A stretch of DNA of 64,000 nt from Bacillota bacterium (GTDB lineage: Bacteria; Bacillota; Clostridia; Oscillospirales; Acutalibacteraceae), in NCBI GenBank assembly GCA_023418995.1, contig JAEZYP010000037.1, positions 48,041 through 112,040 of the forward strand. Direction: 5' to 3'. The notes beneath the pieces were generated by a model. That model made no database searches. It was given only the letters and a program-made list of their open reading frames with translations, and was not told the origin of the DNA. The translations under genes and the position numbers were made by a program. Within the stretch, counting starts at the first letter, position 1. Every line of letters starts with the position of its first letter. Below, in pieces: positions 42,043 through 53,371 of this stretch.

Positions 42043-43803
42043 TCAATTTACTTTTAAATCCTCTGCCAACCTTGCCTGTGGCGTAACATAAGCCGTTTTA
42101 TAGTTAACGTAGATCACCATTCCCGGCTTGGCGCCCTGCGGCTTGCTGACGTTGCGCACCTCGGTATAATCCACCGGCACCTGCGAGGAATCCTTCCCGC
42201 GGCTGTGAATCGCCGCAAGCATTGCCGCCTCGTAAAGCGCCTGCTCGGTCGGCTTTTGCCCGCCCGTTACCAGTATGGTATGGGAACCGGGGATATTTTT
42301 TGTATGAAACCAAATATCGTGATTGCTCGCCTGCTTCATGGTAAGTCGGTCGTTTTGGCGGTTATTACGTCCTACCAGAATCGGGAAACCGTCGGAGGAG
42401 GCAAACTCCAACGGACCTGAAATTGCGGGAGGCTTCTGCTTGCCTTTGGGTGCACGGATGTAGCCCTGCTCCGTCAGCTCCGCGCGGATTTCGGCAAGGT
42501 CGCGTTCCGTGGCGGCACGGCTCAGCTCTTCAAAAACAGAGTCGATATAGTTCAGCTCCTGCTGCGCCTGTTTAATCTGAACGGTTAGCATTTCTTCCGC
42601 AGTTCGTGCCTTATGATAAGCCTTATAGTATTTTTGTGCGTTTTGCGCCGGTGAAAGCATTGGGTCCAGTTTTATTTTAATTTTTCCGAGAGCTTCATCA
42701 TAAAAATTCTCGAGCTCGACCGAAGTTGCCCCCTTTTGAATCCGGTACAGATTGGCATTGACCAGCTCGCCGCTAATTCGCAGGCTTTCCCGTTCTGCGC
42801 AATGCTCCAGCTCCACCCGCTGAATGTTGATCTTCCGGCTCAGACGGTCGGAAGCGGTGGTCAGAATCCGCAATAAATCCTGTGAGCGGACGCGCATCCG
42901 GTCAATGCGGTCCCGCTCGTCGTAAAAAACGTCCAGAAGCTCAGAAAAGGCTTCGTATTGGGAAACGACCGTCGAAGTGCCATATTGGGTGATGTTCAGG
43001 AAGGAAAAATCCAAGGGCTTCTGATTGGGATTAGCTACCAGATAAGGTCGTCCCTCCCCGCTTTTCACCGTGTCACGGACCCTGCCGAGGAAAAAAGCAA
43101 GGCGCTCGTACTGTTCCTCCGTCATATCTTTTACGGTCAGCTCCAGCCCGCGTCCGGTTAAATGCTGCAACTCCCGGCAAACAACGGGTGAGACGCCCTG
43201 CAATGTGTTAAGCAGAGCCTTTGACAGCTCCATATCCGATGGAATTTGCTGAAGCCGCTCAATTATTTCGGGCACAGATGCCTCCAGCAGGCAAAGCTTG
43301 TCCTGCGGGGGTGGAAGCTGATAGGTCATTCCGGGCAGCACAAGACGTTCGGATGACATCTCGGCATCCACCCGTTTCAGTGCATCAATAATTTTCCCGT
43401 GTTCATCCACAAATATGATGTTGCTATAACGCCCCATAATTTCAATAACAAGCGTCAGCCGGACCTCATCGCCCATCTCGTTTGTCGCGTCAAAATCGAA
43501 GCAGAGCATTCGCTCAAGCCCGGGTTGACGGATTTCAGCCAGACGTGCACCTGCCAGCTTCTTCCGCAGAAGCATACAAAGCATGGGCGGCACCTTTGGA
43601 TTTTCCGGTACAAGGCGTGTAAAGTGAACACGCGCGCTGTTCGCCCGCGCGGACATCAGAAGCTTAAACGTTTCGCTGCGCGTGCGAAGCAGCAAAACCA
43701 TCTCCTCGCGGTTCGGCTGGTAGATTTTATCTACCTTTGCGCCGACCGCAAATTTTTCAATTTCATGCTTAATATGTTTTAAAAACGCTCCGTCCAGAGC
43801 CAT
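42043..43803 (-). CDS. rqcH: Ribosome quality control protein RqcH (NFACT / FbpA family)
   Basis: MALDGAFLKHIKHEIEKFAVGAKVDKIYQPNREEMVLLL... and a C-terminal ...DIWFHTKNIPGSHTIL.... Confidence 0.85.
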   Translation of the reverse strand: MALDGAFLKHIKHEIEKFAVGAKVDKIYQPNREEMVLLLRTRSETFKLLMSARANSARVHFTRLVPENPKVPPMLCMLLRKKLAGARLAEIRQPGLERMLCFDFDATNEMGDEVRLTLVIEIMGRYSNIIFVDEHGKIIDALKRVDAEMSSERLVLPGMTYQLPPPQDKLCLLEASVPEIIERLQQIPSDMELSKALLNTLQGVSPVVCRELQHLTGRGLELTVKDMTEEQYERLAFFLGRVRDTVKSGEGRPYLVANPNQKPLDFSFLNITQYGTSTVVSQYEAFSELLDVFYDERDRIDRMRVRSQDLLRILTTASDRLSRKINIQRVELEHCAERESLRISGELVNANLYRIQKGATSVELENFYDEALGKIKIKLDPMLSPAQNAQKYYKAYHKARTAEEMLTVQIKQAQQELNYIDSVFEELSRAATERDLAEIRAELTEQGYIRAPKGKQKPPAISGPLEFASSDGFPILVGRNNRQNDRLTMKQASNHDIWFHTKNIPGSHTILVTGGQKPTEQALYEAAMLAAIHSRGKDSSQVPVDYTEVRNVSKPQGAKPGMVIYVNYKTAYVTPQARLAEDLKVN

Positions 43804-43824
43804 TGGGATACCTCCTTAGGCGCA

Positions 43825-44598
43825 TCATGCCAGGTAATGCGCAGGACTGTGCATTTGCGCCGATTTCATAAACCGAACCGCGGAAAACTTGCTTTGCAAC
43901 CTGTGAAGCAGTGGTAAAATCACAACATCCTCCGTTGCAAAGTGTCCCGCGTCCACCAGCGTAATGCCTATATTTTCAGCGTCAAGCAGGATATTATGCT
44001 TACTTTCCCCGGTAACAAAAGCCTGGCAACCCGATTGCGCCGCCGCGTAAATCAAATCGGCGCCGCCGCCGCCGCAAAGCCCCACCTTTGTAATGGTTTT
44101 TACGCCGTCTGTATAGCGCAGACCGTCACAGCACAGCGCCTCTTTCACAAACGCGGCAAATTCGCGCGGCGCAAACGCTCGGTCGGTTTCCCCAACCAGC
44201 GCCTCCGCCAGGCCGGAGTTTTCATACTCCTTCAGCATACCGATGTTTTTCAATTGCAGGCGTTCTGCAAGACAGGAATTTACCCCGCCCGCAGCCATAT
44301 CCAGATTAGTATGAGCACAGATTGCGGCAATACGTTTGCACGCCAGCTGATACGGAACGGAATCAGAAGAAAGGTTTTTCAAGGGTTGAAAGATGACCGG
44401 ATGATGGCTGACAATGAGCTGAGCGCCAAGCTCCGCTGCCTCGCGAACCACTGCCGGAGTAATGTCCAGAGACAAAAGCACCGTATCTACCTCAGCCTTG
44501 AAATCACCCACCAGCAATCCCGGATTATCGAAATCCATTGCGGTGCAAAACGGCGCGAAGCTGTCGATAGCCTTATAAATATCACCCGATAAAACCAT
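43825..44598 (-). CDS. Nif3-like dinuclear metal-centre protein
   Basis: ...DFDNPGLLVGD...LIVSHHPVIFQPLK...; conserved partner downstream of trmK. Confidence 0.85.
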   Translation of the reverse strand: MVLSGDIYKAIDSFAPFCTAMDFDNPGLLVGDFKAEVDTVLLSLDITPAVVREAAELGAQLIVSHHPVIFQPLKNLSSDSVPYQLACKRIAAICAHTNLDMAAGGVNSCLAERLQLKNIGMLKEYENSGLAEALVGETDRAFAPREFAAFVKEALCCDGLRYTDGVKTITKVGLCGGGGADLIYAAAQSGCQAFVTGESKHNILLDAENIGITLVDAGHFATEDVVILPLLHRLQSKFSAVRFMKSAQMHSPAHYLA

Positions 44599-44601
44599 GG
44601 T

Positions 44602-45306
44602 TCAATACTCCCCCAGCATTGCTTTCAATTTTCTCAGAACACCGGTGAGTCGGTCAGCCTCCTCCGGCTTTCCGGATACAATAAGCCCGTACGCGCGTTT
44701 TTCCAGATTTATAACGCGGCGGCGAATATACGCCCGGTTGGCTTGCGTTGCGGCATCGAGCTTCCCGATATGCGGGTAAAGCTCATCCACCGCGATTTGT
44801 TCTCCGCTGTGCCGTGCAAGCAGCACCGAATAGACACGCGCGTCTTCCTCAACTGCCCGCTCCTCCAGCAGCTTAAAACCCTGCCCGGCCAAAAAAACGC
44901 GCAGCTGCTCCACGGAGGTCATCGGCTGAAGAATCAAGTGCTTTTGCTCGTTTTTCAGCCAGGGAGCCTCATCTATAATTTTCAGGATCATTTCTCCGCC
45001 CATTCCGGCAATCACAATATCGTCCGCCTCTGTGGGAAATATCGCGTTCAGTCCGTCGGACAGGCGTGCGGAAACGATATCCTGCACATGGTAACGGTTG
45101 ATATTGCTCTGCGCCTTTTGCAGCGGACCGACCCGGACATCCGCCGCGATTGCGCGGGAAATTCTGCTTTGCTTTGCGAGCCAGATTGGCAGATAGGCAT
45201 GGTCGGTGCCGATATCCGCCAGAGCGGCTCCCGAACGAACCATAGATGCACACATCTGCAGCCGCCCGCCTAATTGGAACAATGGAAGTAAACGCAACGC
45301 ACGCAC
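44602..45306 (-). CDS. trmK: tRNA (adenine22-N1)-methyltransferase
   Basis: ...LADIGTDHAYLPIWL...IVIAGMGGEMI... is the TrmK signature. GTG start is uncertain. Confidence 0.8.
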   Translation of the reverse strand: MRALRLLPLFQLGGRLQMCASMVRSGAALADIGTDHAYLPIWLAKQSRISRAIAADVRVGPLQKAQSNINRYHVQDIVSARLSDGLNAIFPTEADDIVIAGMGGEMILKIIDEAPWLKNEQKHLILQPMTSVEQLRVFLAGQGFKLLEERAVEEDARVYSVLLARHSGEQIAVDELYPHIGKLDAATQANRAYIRRRVINLEKRAYGLIVSGKPEEADRLTGVLRKLKAMLGEY

Positions 45307-45440
45307 CTCGCAGCGAAAGATATTTCCGGAGCGCGGAGCAACCGCGCGTGCCGGACCGTTCCCTTATACTTAACAGCCGCCCGGCAACTGTATTGTCGGG
45401 CGGCCACAGATACTTCTATTCTGCCGTATTGTTAAAATGC

Positions 45441-45644
45441 TTATTTGGTAGCTAGGTGATCGTTCAGTTTTTTGAGCATCTCATTGACATCCACACCGTG
45501 AACCATACATGCCTGCTCGAGGCTTTCACCGCGGGAAGCGGGGCAGCCAAGACAGTGCATCCCCATTTCCATAAAGAAAGGAGCCGTGGTTCTGTCCATA
45601 TCGAGAATATCGCCTATCATCGTTTCTTTTGTAATTTGAGCCAT
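45441..45644 (-). CDS. DUF1858 (hybrid-cluster-protein-associated redox disulfide) domain protein
   Basis: From ATG 45644 (GGAGG RBS): MAQITKETMIGDILDMDRTTAPFFMEMGMHCLGCPASRGESLEQAC.... Confidence 0.7.
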   Translation of the reverse strand: MAQITKETMIGDILDMDRTTAPFFMEMGMHCLGCPASRGESLEQACMVHGVDVNEMLKKLNDHLATK

Positions 45645-45894
45645 TGTTTTTATCCTCCAGCATATTGATACTTCGTAAAATAAGTCCATACGATTTAATG
45701 CATTTTTACGTTTATATTATAATACCCACTGAAAAGGTTTGCAACACCTTTTCGAATTTCCAGATCAAAGTAACCTCGCTTTTCTCGTGCGATACAATTC
45801 TCCGCGCTGTTGAACGGTTCATAATAATCAATATGAAAAAACGCCCCGGTGAAACACCGGAGCGTTCTGGTCACGAATAAGAAAAATCTATCGC

Positions 45895-46170
45895 TTATTC
45901 TTCCCTCATCTTTGCAAAGCACTCGCTGCAATACACAGGACGATCTTCACGTGGCTTGAAGGGGACCTTTGCTTCTTTGCCGCAGCTAGCGCAAATTGCA
46001 GTATACATTTCACGCTCCGGCTTTGCAGCATTCTTGCGGTTGTCACGGCAGGCTTTGCATCTCTGGGGCTCATTTACGAAACCCTTGGAAGCATAAAATT
46101 CCTGCTCACCGGCGGTGAAAACAAATTCAGCGCCACATTCTTTGCAGATGAGAGTCTTGTCTTCGTACAT
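45895..46170 (-). CDS. CxxC-x17-CxxC zinc-ribbon protein
   Basis: CKEC...CKAC followed by CASCGKEAKVPFKPREDRPVYCSEC, which has exactly 17 residues between the pairs. Confidence 0.7.
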   Translation of the reverse strand: MYEDKTLICKECGAEFVFTAGEQEFYASKGFVNEPQRCKACRDNRKNAAKPEREMYTAICASCGKEAKVPFKPREDRPVYCSECFAKMREE

Positions 46171-46295
46171 TTGATTTACCTCGCTTTATGGATTAAAGAT
46201 ATTTGCCCATAGACGGATTTGCACCGCCGCCTTTGATTACCAACGCTCTACTTAAGCTACCAGGGCATATTTAAGAATTGATTTTCATTTATATA

Positions 46296-46952
46296 TTATA
46301 AATCTATAACAGATAATCTTTTAAGCTTAAGACGAACGCGTTGCAGGGCGTTATCGGCAGCCTTTGAAGTAATCCCCAGCTTTTCCGCGATCTCGCTGTA
46401 ACAGCTGCCTCCTAAAAAAAGGACAAGTACCTTTTGCTCCAGCTCGGAAAGTGACTGTTCCAAATACTGACGAATTTGCTGAAGGTTCTCATTATCTATC
46501 AGAACGGTTTCGGGGTTTGCGGAGCAATCCACAACATCCATTGCCGTATCATCATCGCTAAGGGATACAAAATTGTTCATGGGAAGGTTTTTTTGACTTG
46601 CAACGGCACGGTAGGCCATAATAAGCCTGTTTTGAATACATACACACGCATAGGTTCTAAAACTGGTTCCGCTCTTTGCGTCATACGAACGAGCCGCATT
46701 CAAAAGACCCATCAGCCCTTCCTGATACAGATCGTCCGTATCGAGCATCGAGCTGCGGTAACGCGCCGCTTTTCCTTTAATCAGTGATAAATAGCGGGCG
46801 GCCAGTTCAACAAAAGCGTTAGAATTGTTTCCGTTTACAAGGCCGGCGAGTTGTTCATCGGAATACTCTTCCATTTCTTTAAAATGGTTCTGGATTTGCA
46901 AACAAAACACCTCATGACCTTTATTCATGATTCTTTCTATATCATAACTCAT
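46296..46952 (-). CDS. Sigma-70-family RNA polymerase sigma factor (group 3/4-like)
   Basis: Region 2: ...DLYQEGLMGLLNAARSYD...FRTYACVCIQNRL. Region 4: ...SYSEIAEKLGITSKAADNALQRVRLKLK. Confidence 0.75.
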   Translation of the reverse strand: MSYDIERIMNKGHEVFCLQIQNHFKEMEEYSDEQLAGLVNGNNSNAFVELAARYLSLIKGKAARYRSSMLDTDDLYQEGLMGLLNAARSYDAKSGTSFRTYACVCIQNRLIMAYRAVASQKNLPMNNFVSLSDDDTAMDVVDCSANPETVLIDNENLQQIRQYLEQSLSELEQKVLVLFLGGSCYSEIAEKLGITSKAADNALQRVRLKLKRLSVIDL

Positions 46953-47292
46953 TACATCTATTTAGTCAACAAATATTTTTCTATTATCAGCAAATATTTG
47001 TATATTTGGTTAAATTCATAGAAATGTTTGTGAACTTAAGATAGAAATCAAGCAAATTAATTATCATTTAAGAAAATTAACTGATTTCTCGACACGATTT
47101 TTAAGGACCGCATTTATAAACAGTCCCTCTATAATCTGACTCGTCACTGAAGGAATATAATTAATTTTTTTGATTATATCACACAACAAATAATAGAGTC
47201 ATCCTACGTTTTGGGAGTTTCATGTTACTGTTTGCCATATTTATTCGAATAGAGTATAATAAAAGGAGAAAACAGTGCGGAGGAAAAAAGAT

Positions 47293-48825
47293 ATGGTTTG
47301 TCGTTTATTTAGTATGGGGATTTACGGTATGGACGCCTTTGTTGTGGAGGTTGAGGCGGACATATCGCTTGGCCTGCCCGGCTTCGATGTTGTGGGACTG
47401 CCCGACGCAGCCGTAAGAGAGTCCCGCGACCGGGTACGCTCCGCTATGAAAAACTGCGGGTTTGAATTTCCCATTCAAAAAATTACGGTCAACCTGGCCC
47501 CTGCGGATAAACGAAAGGAAGGGCCGATTTACGACCTTCCTCTGCTGATTACACTGATTAAGGCCAGCGGCCAGCTCCGCGCGGAGCTGGATGACTGTGT
47601 ATTCATCGGGGAGCTTTCGCTTTCGGGAGAAATTCGTCCGGTTAAGGGAATCCTCCCCATGACAATAAAAGCAAAGGAAGAGGGCTTTCAGAAAATATTC
47701 GTACCCGAAGCAAACGCGGCAGAGGGCTCGGTAGTGGAAGGAATTCAGGTTTATCCCGTTCGGAATATGATCTCGCTTTTAGATCATTTGACCGGACGCG
47801 GCGAGCTCCTTCCGGCTTATCCGAATCACGACCCGGTGCAAAGTGAGCTGCCGATGCCTGATTTTTCTGAAGTTCGGGGGCAGTCGGAGGCCAAACGTGC
47901 GCTGGAGATTGCGGCGGCCGGCGGTCATAATGTTTTGTTGATTGGGTCACCGGGTTCCGGGAAAAGCATGCTTGCGAAAAGACTTCCCTCTATCCTGCCG
48001 GATATGACATTTGAGGAAATGATACAGACTACCAAGATACATTCGGTTGCCGGCACCATTCCGCAGGGCGTATCACTGATTAAAACAAGACCGTTTCGCT
48101 CACCGCATCATACAATCTCAGCCGCCGGACTGTCCGGGGGTGGAACCATTCCCCGGCCGGGAGAAATTTCACTGGCTCACAACGGTGTATTGTTTCTCGA
48201 CGAGCTTCCGGAATTTTCGCGCAACGCAATGGAGGTACTCCGACAGCCGGTTGAGGATGGAAGAGTGACAATCTCCCGCGTGAGCGGAACCATCTCTTAC
48301 CCCTGTTCGGTAATGCTAATCGCCGCAATGAACCCGTGCCCCTGCGGCTATTTCGGGCATCCGGCCAAGCCTTGTACCTGCTCGGCAAATACAGTTTCCC
48401 GCTACCTTTCCCGCGTTTCCGGCCCGCTTCTGGACCGACTGGATTTACATATCGAGGTACCGCCTGTTGAGTTTGATGAAATTGATTCCGAGGAGCGGGC
48501 GGAATGCTCCCAAAAAATAAAGGAGCGAATTGATAAGGCCAGAATAATTCAAAATGAACGGTTTCGAAATAACACCGTTACCTGCAACGCTCGGATTACA
48601 CCGGATATCCTGCATGATGTCTGCGGCTTAAGCGAGGATGGAAGAAGCCTGCTGCGCCGCGCGTTCGAAAAGCTCGGGCTTTCCGCCAGAGCGTATGATC
48701 GTGTATTAAAGGTCTCGAGAACAATTGCAGATTTGGATTCCTGTGAACAAATTATGCCCCGCCATGTTGCGGAAGCAGTACAGTACCGCAGCCTTGACCG
48801 GAAATACTGGCTTAAGGAACGATAA
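47293..48825 (+). CDS. comM: YifB/ComM-family Mg-chelatase-like AAA+ ATPase
   Basis: From ATG 47293 (GGAGGA RBS): MVCRLFSMGIYGMDAFVVEVEADIS...; Walker A GSPGSGKSM; ...GVLFLDELPEF. Confidence 0.88.
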   Translation: MVCRLFSMGIYGMDAFVVEVEADISLGLPGFDVVGLPDAAVRESRDRVRSAMKNCGFEFPIQKITVNLAPADKRKEGPIYDLPLLITLIKASGQLRAELDDCVFIGELSLSGEIRPVKGILPMTIKAKEEGFQKIFVPEANAAEGSVVEGIQVYPVRNMISLLDHLTGRGELLPAYPNHDPVQSELPMPDFSEVRGQSEAKRALEIAAAGGHNVLLIGSPGSGKSMLAKRLPSILPDMTFEEMIQTTKIHSVAGTIPQGVSLIKTRPFRSPHHTISAAGLSGGGTIPRPGEISLAHNGVLFLDELPEFSRNAMEVLRQPVEDGRVTISRVSGTISYPCSVMLIAAMNPCPCGYFGHPAKPCTCSANTVSRYLSRVSGPLLDRLDLHIEVPPVEFDEIDSEERAECSQKIKERIDKARIIQNERFRNNTVTCNARITPDILHDVCGLSEDGRSLLRRAFEKLGLSARAYDRVLKVSRTIADLDSCEQIMPRHVAEAVQYRSLDRKYWLKER

Positions 48826-48830
48826 AGCGC

Positions 48831-48880
48831 AACCGCCCGAAAAGCATTTTTCAACGCTTTTCGGGCGGTTGTTATTTTTT
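48831..48880 (+). terminator. Intrinsic terminator after comM
   Basis: AACCGCCCGAAAAGC, loop, GCTTTTCGGGCGGTT, then GTTATTTTTT. Confidence 0.75.
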
Positions 48881-48908
48881 CGGTTTTAAATGATTGGATA
48901 GAAGAGAA

Positions 48909-51074
48909 TTAATATTTCAGCGCCGCAGTCATATTGGCTGATATAGGGTATGAGGTACTGCTCCCGGGTACTTCGGCGTTACCGTTATCTCCGAAAGCCT
49001 CCATTTGGTTCGATTCATGCAACTCACCGGCATACTCGGTAGTACTATCCCGATCCTGCAGCTTTAACCGCGCCAGAACATTTTTTAATACCTGTGCCTG
49101 TTCTCTTAGCTGCTCGCTGGTCGCGGCGCTTTGCTCACTGGTCGCGGAATTGTTCTGCACTACGGCGGAAATCCGATCCACTCCAAGATTAATCTCATTA
49201 ATGGAAATCGCCTGCTTATTAGAAGCTTCGGAAATCTCAGTAATTAGATCGGAGGTCTTTCGGGTTGTTTCAATAATCGTCTGCAACGATTTTGCAGTTT
49301 CATCCGCAATTCTGGTGCCGTTATCCACCGCGTTCATAGAGGTTTGAATCAGCGCAGTGGTATTTTTCGCCGCCTGTGCGCTCTTGCTGGCGAGATTTCT
49401 CACCTCATCTGCAACAACCGCAAAGCCTTTTCCCGCTACGCCGGCACGAGCCGCTTCCACGGCCGCGTTCAGCGCCAGAATATTGGTCTGGAACGCAATA
49501 TCCTCGATCGTCTTGATGATTTTGCCAATTTGCCTGGACGATTGATTGATATCGGACATTGCCGAAACCATGAGCTGCATTTTATCGTTGCCACGGGCCA
49601 CCTCCAAAGTAGCCTCCTGCGAAAGTCCGCTCGCTATTTTAGCATTTTCCGCATTTTTGCTCACATCAATTCCGACCTCCGTCAAAGATGCCGAAAGCTC
49701 TTCAATGGAGCTCGCCTGCTCGCTCGCGCCCTCAGAGAGTGCCTGAGAAGCCCCTGCAACCTGCTGTGCGCTTGTAGACACCTGTTCGGCAGAAGCATTA
49801 ATCCTTGTAAAAATATCATTTAAATTCGTAATAATCGTATTTAGGGATGTTTTTATCTCCAGGAAATCTCCCTTGTAGTCCTGGTATGTATTGATAGTGC
49901 AGTCTCCAGCTGCGAGACTGTCCAACACGGTAGAAATTTCACTTACATAGGAATTCAACGTTGTGACTGTGCTGGAAAACGACTTTGACAGAATCCCGAT
50001 TTCATTTTGGCTGCATATTTCGGGAACCTCAGAATGCAAGTCTCCTTCCGCCAGCTTTTCAATCCGTTTCACCACACTGACAATGGGGTTGGCGATTGGA
50101 GTTGCAACCCGGAAAGCAATCAGGCACGTCAGTATTATCAACAGCAGTGTAATCCCGACTGTAATACCGATCGCTTTATAAAACCCATCCATCATTTCTG
50201 ATTTTTTAGCCGACACCGCGAGAGACCAGCCGTCCGTGTCCGGAATCGGCGTATAATGAATATATTGTTCCGCACCGTCGAGTATAACGGTTTGGGCGCC
50301 GGTCTTACCGGAGATCATGTTCTTTACAACGGAGGCCATTCCGCTGAGCGAAGAATCCTTTTTCCCTTTTTCAATATAGTTCACCGCATCCGTAACGTCT
50401 TTTTTGATGTGGTGGGCTATAATCGTACCCGAGCCATCGGTAATAAAGCTGTAACCGGACGAACCGATCGTCGCTTTATCAACCATAGAACTGAACGTAT
50501 CAATGCTCAGCGCACCGAAAACAATTCCTTTATAATCAGTGATATTATTTACTTTCGCCGCGACATAAACAACCTGCTTCTTATCAATTCGGCTTAGCAC
50601 CGGGCTTGAAATACAGGTTTTCCCGCTCATCGCCTGCTTAAAGTAATCTCGGTCTGCAATGCTGACGCCGTCTACTTCTGTTTTTCCTGTTTCATCAGCC
50701 AAATAAATTTTTGTAAAGCCATATTGCTTTGCAAGCCTTTCTTTGGTTGACCATATATTCACGGCAAACATTGGATTTGCTGTAATGGTATCGTTCGCCG
50801 CGATTTGTTCAATTGACATTTTATACTGGTTAATCTTATTTTGCACCGCCTGACTGTAGGCGCTGGACGCGAGAGCCGTTTCATCCTCCATTCCTTTGCT
50901 GTTGTTGCTGTAAAGTACCGCCCCGTTTGCCACCCCGCAAATAATACAGACCGCGACGGTTAAGCCTGTCATTCCGATTAAAAGCGTTCTTTTAATTGAT
51001 CTGGATTTTTCCTTTTCACTTTTCCTCATAAAATCACGTTCCTTTCCTACCGACCGTAATTTCTTCACCTGCAT
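48909..51074 (-). CDS. Methyl-accepting chemotaxis protein (dCache, HAMP, MA domains)
   Basis: ...[42 protein letters not shown]-flanked ~270-aa extracytoplasmic domain. The start may instead be ATG 51029 (MRKSEKEK...). Confidence 0.88.
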   Translation of the reverse strand: MQVKKLRSVGKERDFMRKSEKEKSRSIKRTLLIGMTGLTVAVCIICGVANGAVLYSNNSKGMEDETALASSAYSQAVQNKINQYKMSIEQIAANDTITANPMFAVNIWSTKERLAKQYGFTKIYLADETGKTEVDGVSIADRDYFKQAMSGKTCISSPVLSRIDKKQVVYVAAKVNNITDYKGIVFGALSIDTFSSMVDKATIGSSGYSFITDGSGTIIAHHIKKDVTDAVNYIEKGKKDSSLSGMASVVKNMISGKTGAQTVILDGAEQYIHYTPIPDTDGWSLAVSAKKSEMMDGFYKAIGITVGITLLLIILTCLIAFRVATPIANPIVSVVKRIEKLAEGDLHSEVPEICSQNEIGILSKSFSSTVTTLNSYVSEISTVLDSLAAGDCTINTYQDYKGDFLEIKTSLNTIITNLNDIFTRINASAEQVSTSAQQVAGASQALSEGASEQASSIEELSASLTEVGIDVSKNAENAKIASGLSQEATLEVARGNDKMQLMVSAMSDINQSSRQIGKIIKTIEDIAFQTNILALNAAVEAARAGVAGKGFAVVADEVRNLASKSAQAAKNTTALIQTSMNAVDNGTRIADETAKSLQTIIETTRKTSDLITEISEASNKQAISINEINLGVDRISAVVQNNSATSEQSAATSEQLREQAQVLKNVLARLKLQDRDSTTEYAGELHESNQMEAFGDNGNAEVPGSSTSYPISANMTAALKY

Positions 51075-51101
51075 CAGGTATAATTATACAACTCAAACTA
51101 C

Positions 51102-51128
51102 GTATCGGCCAGATTTTAAAAAAATTAA
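51102..51128 (-). promoter_or_regulatory. Sigma-28/SigD-type promoter of the first MCP gene
   Basis: Minus strand: TTAAT, 14-nt spacer, GCCGATAC, compared with the recalled SigD consensus TAAA-N15-GCCGATAT. Confidence 0.55.
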
Positions 51129-51251
51129 TATGTATTTAAAAAATATTTATTAAGAAGTCATTTAATTTATTTGTAATAAATAATTATGATGCACAAAAAT
51201 AATTTGTATATTATCTACATGCAAACATTGGTCTGATTCGTTTTTAAGGAC

Positions 51252-51279
51252 AAAAAAACTCCCGGACGGCGTCCGGGAG
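51252..51279 (-). terminator. Intrinsic terminator of the second MCP gene
   Basis: Minus strand: CTCCCGGAC-GCC-GTCCGGGAG, then TTTTTTT. Confidence 0.8.
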
Positions 51280-51295
51280 AAAAAATATTTTTATA

Positions 51296-53371
51296 TTAAT
51301 ACTTATTGTCCGTTTGTTCTTTTTCTGGGAAAACATTATCATAATTTGCCGGCAAATCAGAAGCCTCATCAGCATCCTCCAGCGGTGACCGGGATTTTTT
51401 CAGTTTATACTGTGACAGCGTCTCTTTAAGAATCTGTGCCTGACTGCTAAGCTCTTGACTGGTGGCAGCGCTTTCTTCACTGGTTGCAGAGTTCGTCTGC
51501 ACCACCGCGGAGATTTGATCTACGCCGATGGTAACCTGATTCATCGAGGTCGCCTGCTCGTTGGAGGCACTTGAGATTTCTCCGATTAGATCTGCCGTTT
51601 TCTGCGTGGTTTCAATAATGATATTGAGGGATTTTGCCGTATTGTCTGCAATTTTGCTCCCGTTTTCCACCGCCCGCAGTGAATTTTCAATCAGCGTGGT
51701 CGTGTTCTTCGCGGCTTCCGCGCTCTTGCTGGCAAGGTTTCTCACTTCATCTGCCACCACTGCGAAGCCTTTGCCAGCCTCGCCCGCGCGTGCCGCCTCG
51801 ACCGCAGCGTTCAAAGCCAGAATATTGGTTTGGAACGCGATATCTTCAATGGTTTTAATAATTTTACCGATCTCGTTTGAGGTTTCACTGATTTCGGACA
51901 TCGCCTCAACCATCTGCTGCATTTGTTCATTTCCATGTCTGACTTCACCGGAAGCTTCCATTGAAAGCTGGTTCGCTTTTGCCGCGTTGGCTGCATTGTT
52001 GTTTACATTTGCAGCGATTTCCGTAAGGGAAGCGGAAAGCTCTTCAATTGAGCTTGCCTGTTCCGTAGCGCCCTGCGACAGCGCCTGCGACGCATTGGAT
52101 ACCTGCTCGGCCCCGGTGGCCACCTGCTCGGCAGACACATTGATATTGGAAATCATGGTATTCAGATTGGAAACCACCGCATTCAGCGCACCCTTAATTT
52201 CAACAAAATCTCCCTTGTAATTCTGCTTCGTTTCTACCGTGCAATCTCCGTTCTCAAGGCTTTTCAGCACCGAGGCTATTTCACCCACATACCCGTTCAA
52301 TGTGTTCACCGTTGAAGAAAAAGACCTGGATAGCGTGCCGATTTCATCATTTGTGTTTACCTGAGGCACTTCGGAATGAAGGTCGCCTTCCGCAAGACCT
52401 TCGATCCGTTTCACCAGTTTTATAATCGGGTTTACAATGGGATTTGCAATTCGAAAGGCAATAAATAGAGAAAGCAGGATAAAAAGCACTGTGATACCAA
52501 CATTCATAAAAATGGAAGTATTGTACTCTTTTTTCATTTCCGACACCCTAGCAGCCACACCAATGGACCAGCCGTCTGTTTCCGCAATCGGGCAATAAGC
52601 AGCATAATTCTGGCTACCGTTGACGGTATAAGCCTGACTGCCGGTCTTTAGGCTGATCATATTTTTTGTCAAATCTGCGGCATCCGCAAAACTGCTGTTT
52701 TCTTTTGCCTTATCCAGATAATTTGTAATCTGGTTGATATAGTTTCTGTCTTTATGAGCAACAATAGTGCCTGTTTTATCCATAACAAAAGCATAGCCTG
52801 TCTCTCCGACCGATATATTATCCAGCATTGAGCTAAATGTATCAGAGCTTAAGCCAACAAATACAATTCCGCTTTTCTTATCGGTGGTTCTCAGCTTGGT
52901 CGCGATATATATAGCTGCCTTGTTATCCCTTTTGCTGATAACCGGGCTGGATAAATAAGTTTCCCCATTCATGGCCTGCTTAAAATACTCTCTGTCGCTG
53001 ATATTGAGCCCTGGGACATCAGATTGCCCTTTGTCATCGGCTGTACTAACCGATAAAAAACCATATTTTTTAGCCTGTTCATCTTTTACGCTTTGCAGAT
53101 TTTCCTGCGATAGCGCGCTGTTGACAATATTATCGTTCGTTGCGATTTGTTCAACCATCATTTTATATTGAACAATTTTATTCTGAACAGTCTGACTATA
53201 AGCCTTGGAGGCAATTCGAACCTCGTCATCCATGCTCTTTTGGCTGTAATTGTTCAGGATTGTCGCAGACGCCACGCCGGAAAGAACGCTGACCGACAGG
53301 GTCAATCCCAACATACCAAGCAGAAACGCTTTCTTAATTGATTTCACCTTTGGTTGATCTGCTCTTTTCAT
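51296..53371 (-). CDS. Methyl-accepting chemotaxis protein (dCache, HAMP, MA domains), paralog of 48909-51074
   Basis: Same architecture as its neighbour. The signalling hairpin is nearly identical ([49 protein letters not shown]). Confidence 0.88.
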   Translation of the reverse strand: MKRADQPKVKSIKKAFLLGMLGLTLSVSVLSGVASATILNNYSQKSMDDEVRIASKAYSQTVQNKIVQYKMMVEQIATNDNIVNSALSQENLQSVKDEQAKKYGFLSVSTADDKGQSDVPGLNISDREYFKQAMNGETYLSSPVISKRDNKAAIYIATKLRTTDKKSGIVFVGLSSDTFSSMLDNISVGETGYAFVMDKTGTIVAHKDRNYINQITNYLDKAKENSSFADAADLTKNMISLKTGSQAYTVNGSQNYAAYCPIAETDGWSIGVAARVSEMKKEYNTSIFMNVGITVLFILLSLFIAFRIANPIVNPIIKLVKRIEGLAEGDLHSEVPQVNTNDEIGTLSRSFSSTVNTLNGYVGEIASVLKSLENGDCTVETKQNYKGDFVEIKGALNAVVSNLNTMISNINVSAEQVATGAEQVSNASQALSQGATEQASSIEELSASLTEIAANVNNNAANAAKANQLSMEASGEVRHGNEQMQQMVEAMSEISETSNEIGKIIKTIEDIAFQTNILALNAAVEAARAGEAGKGFAVVADEVRNLASKSAEAAKNTTTLIENSLRAVENGSKIADNTAKSLNIIIETTQKTADLIGEISSASNEQATSMNQVTIGVDQISAVVQTNSATSEESAATSQELSSQAQILKETLSQYKLKKSRSPLEDADEASDLPANYDNVFPEKEQTDNKY

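Noticed and set aside
43942-45273. Plus-strand ORFs 43942-44592 and 44743-45273
   Set aside because: They are antisense to the nif3-like and trmK genes and have Arg-rich junk composition.
49344-52220. Plus-strand ORFs antisense to the MCP genes (49344-49823, 50256-50597, 51561-52220 and others)
   Set aside because: They mirror the Ala/Ser-rich MA-domain coding sequence. They are shadow ORFs typical of MCP genes.
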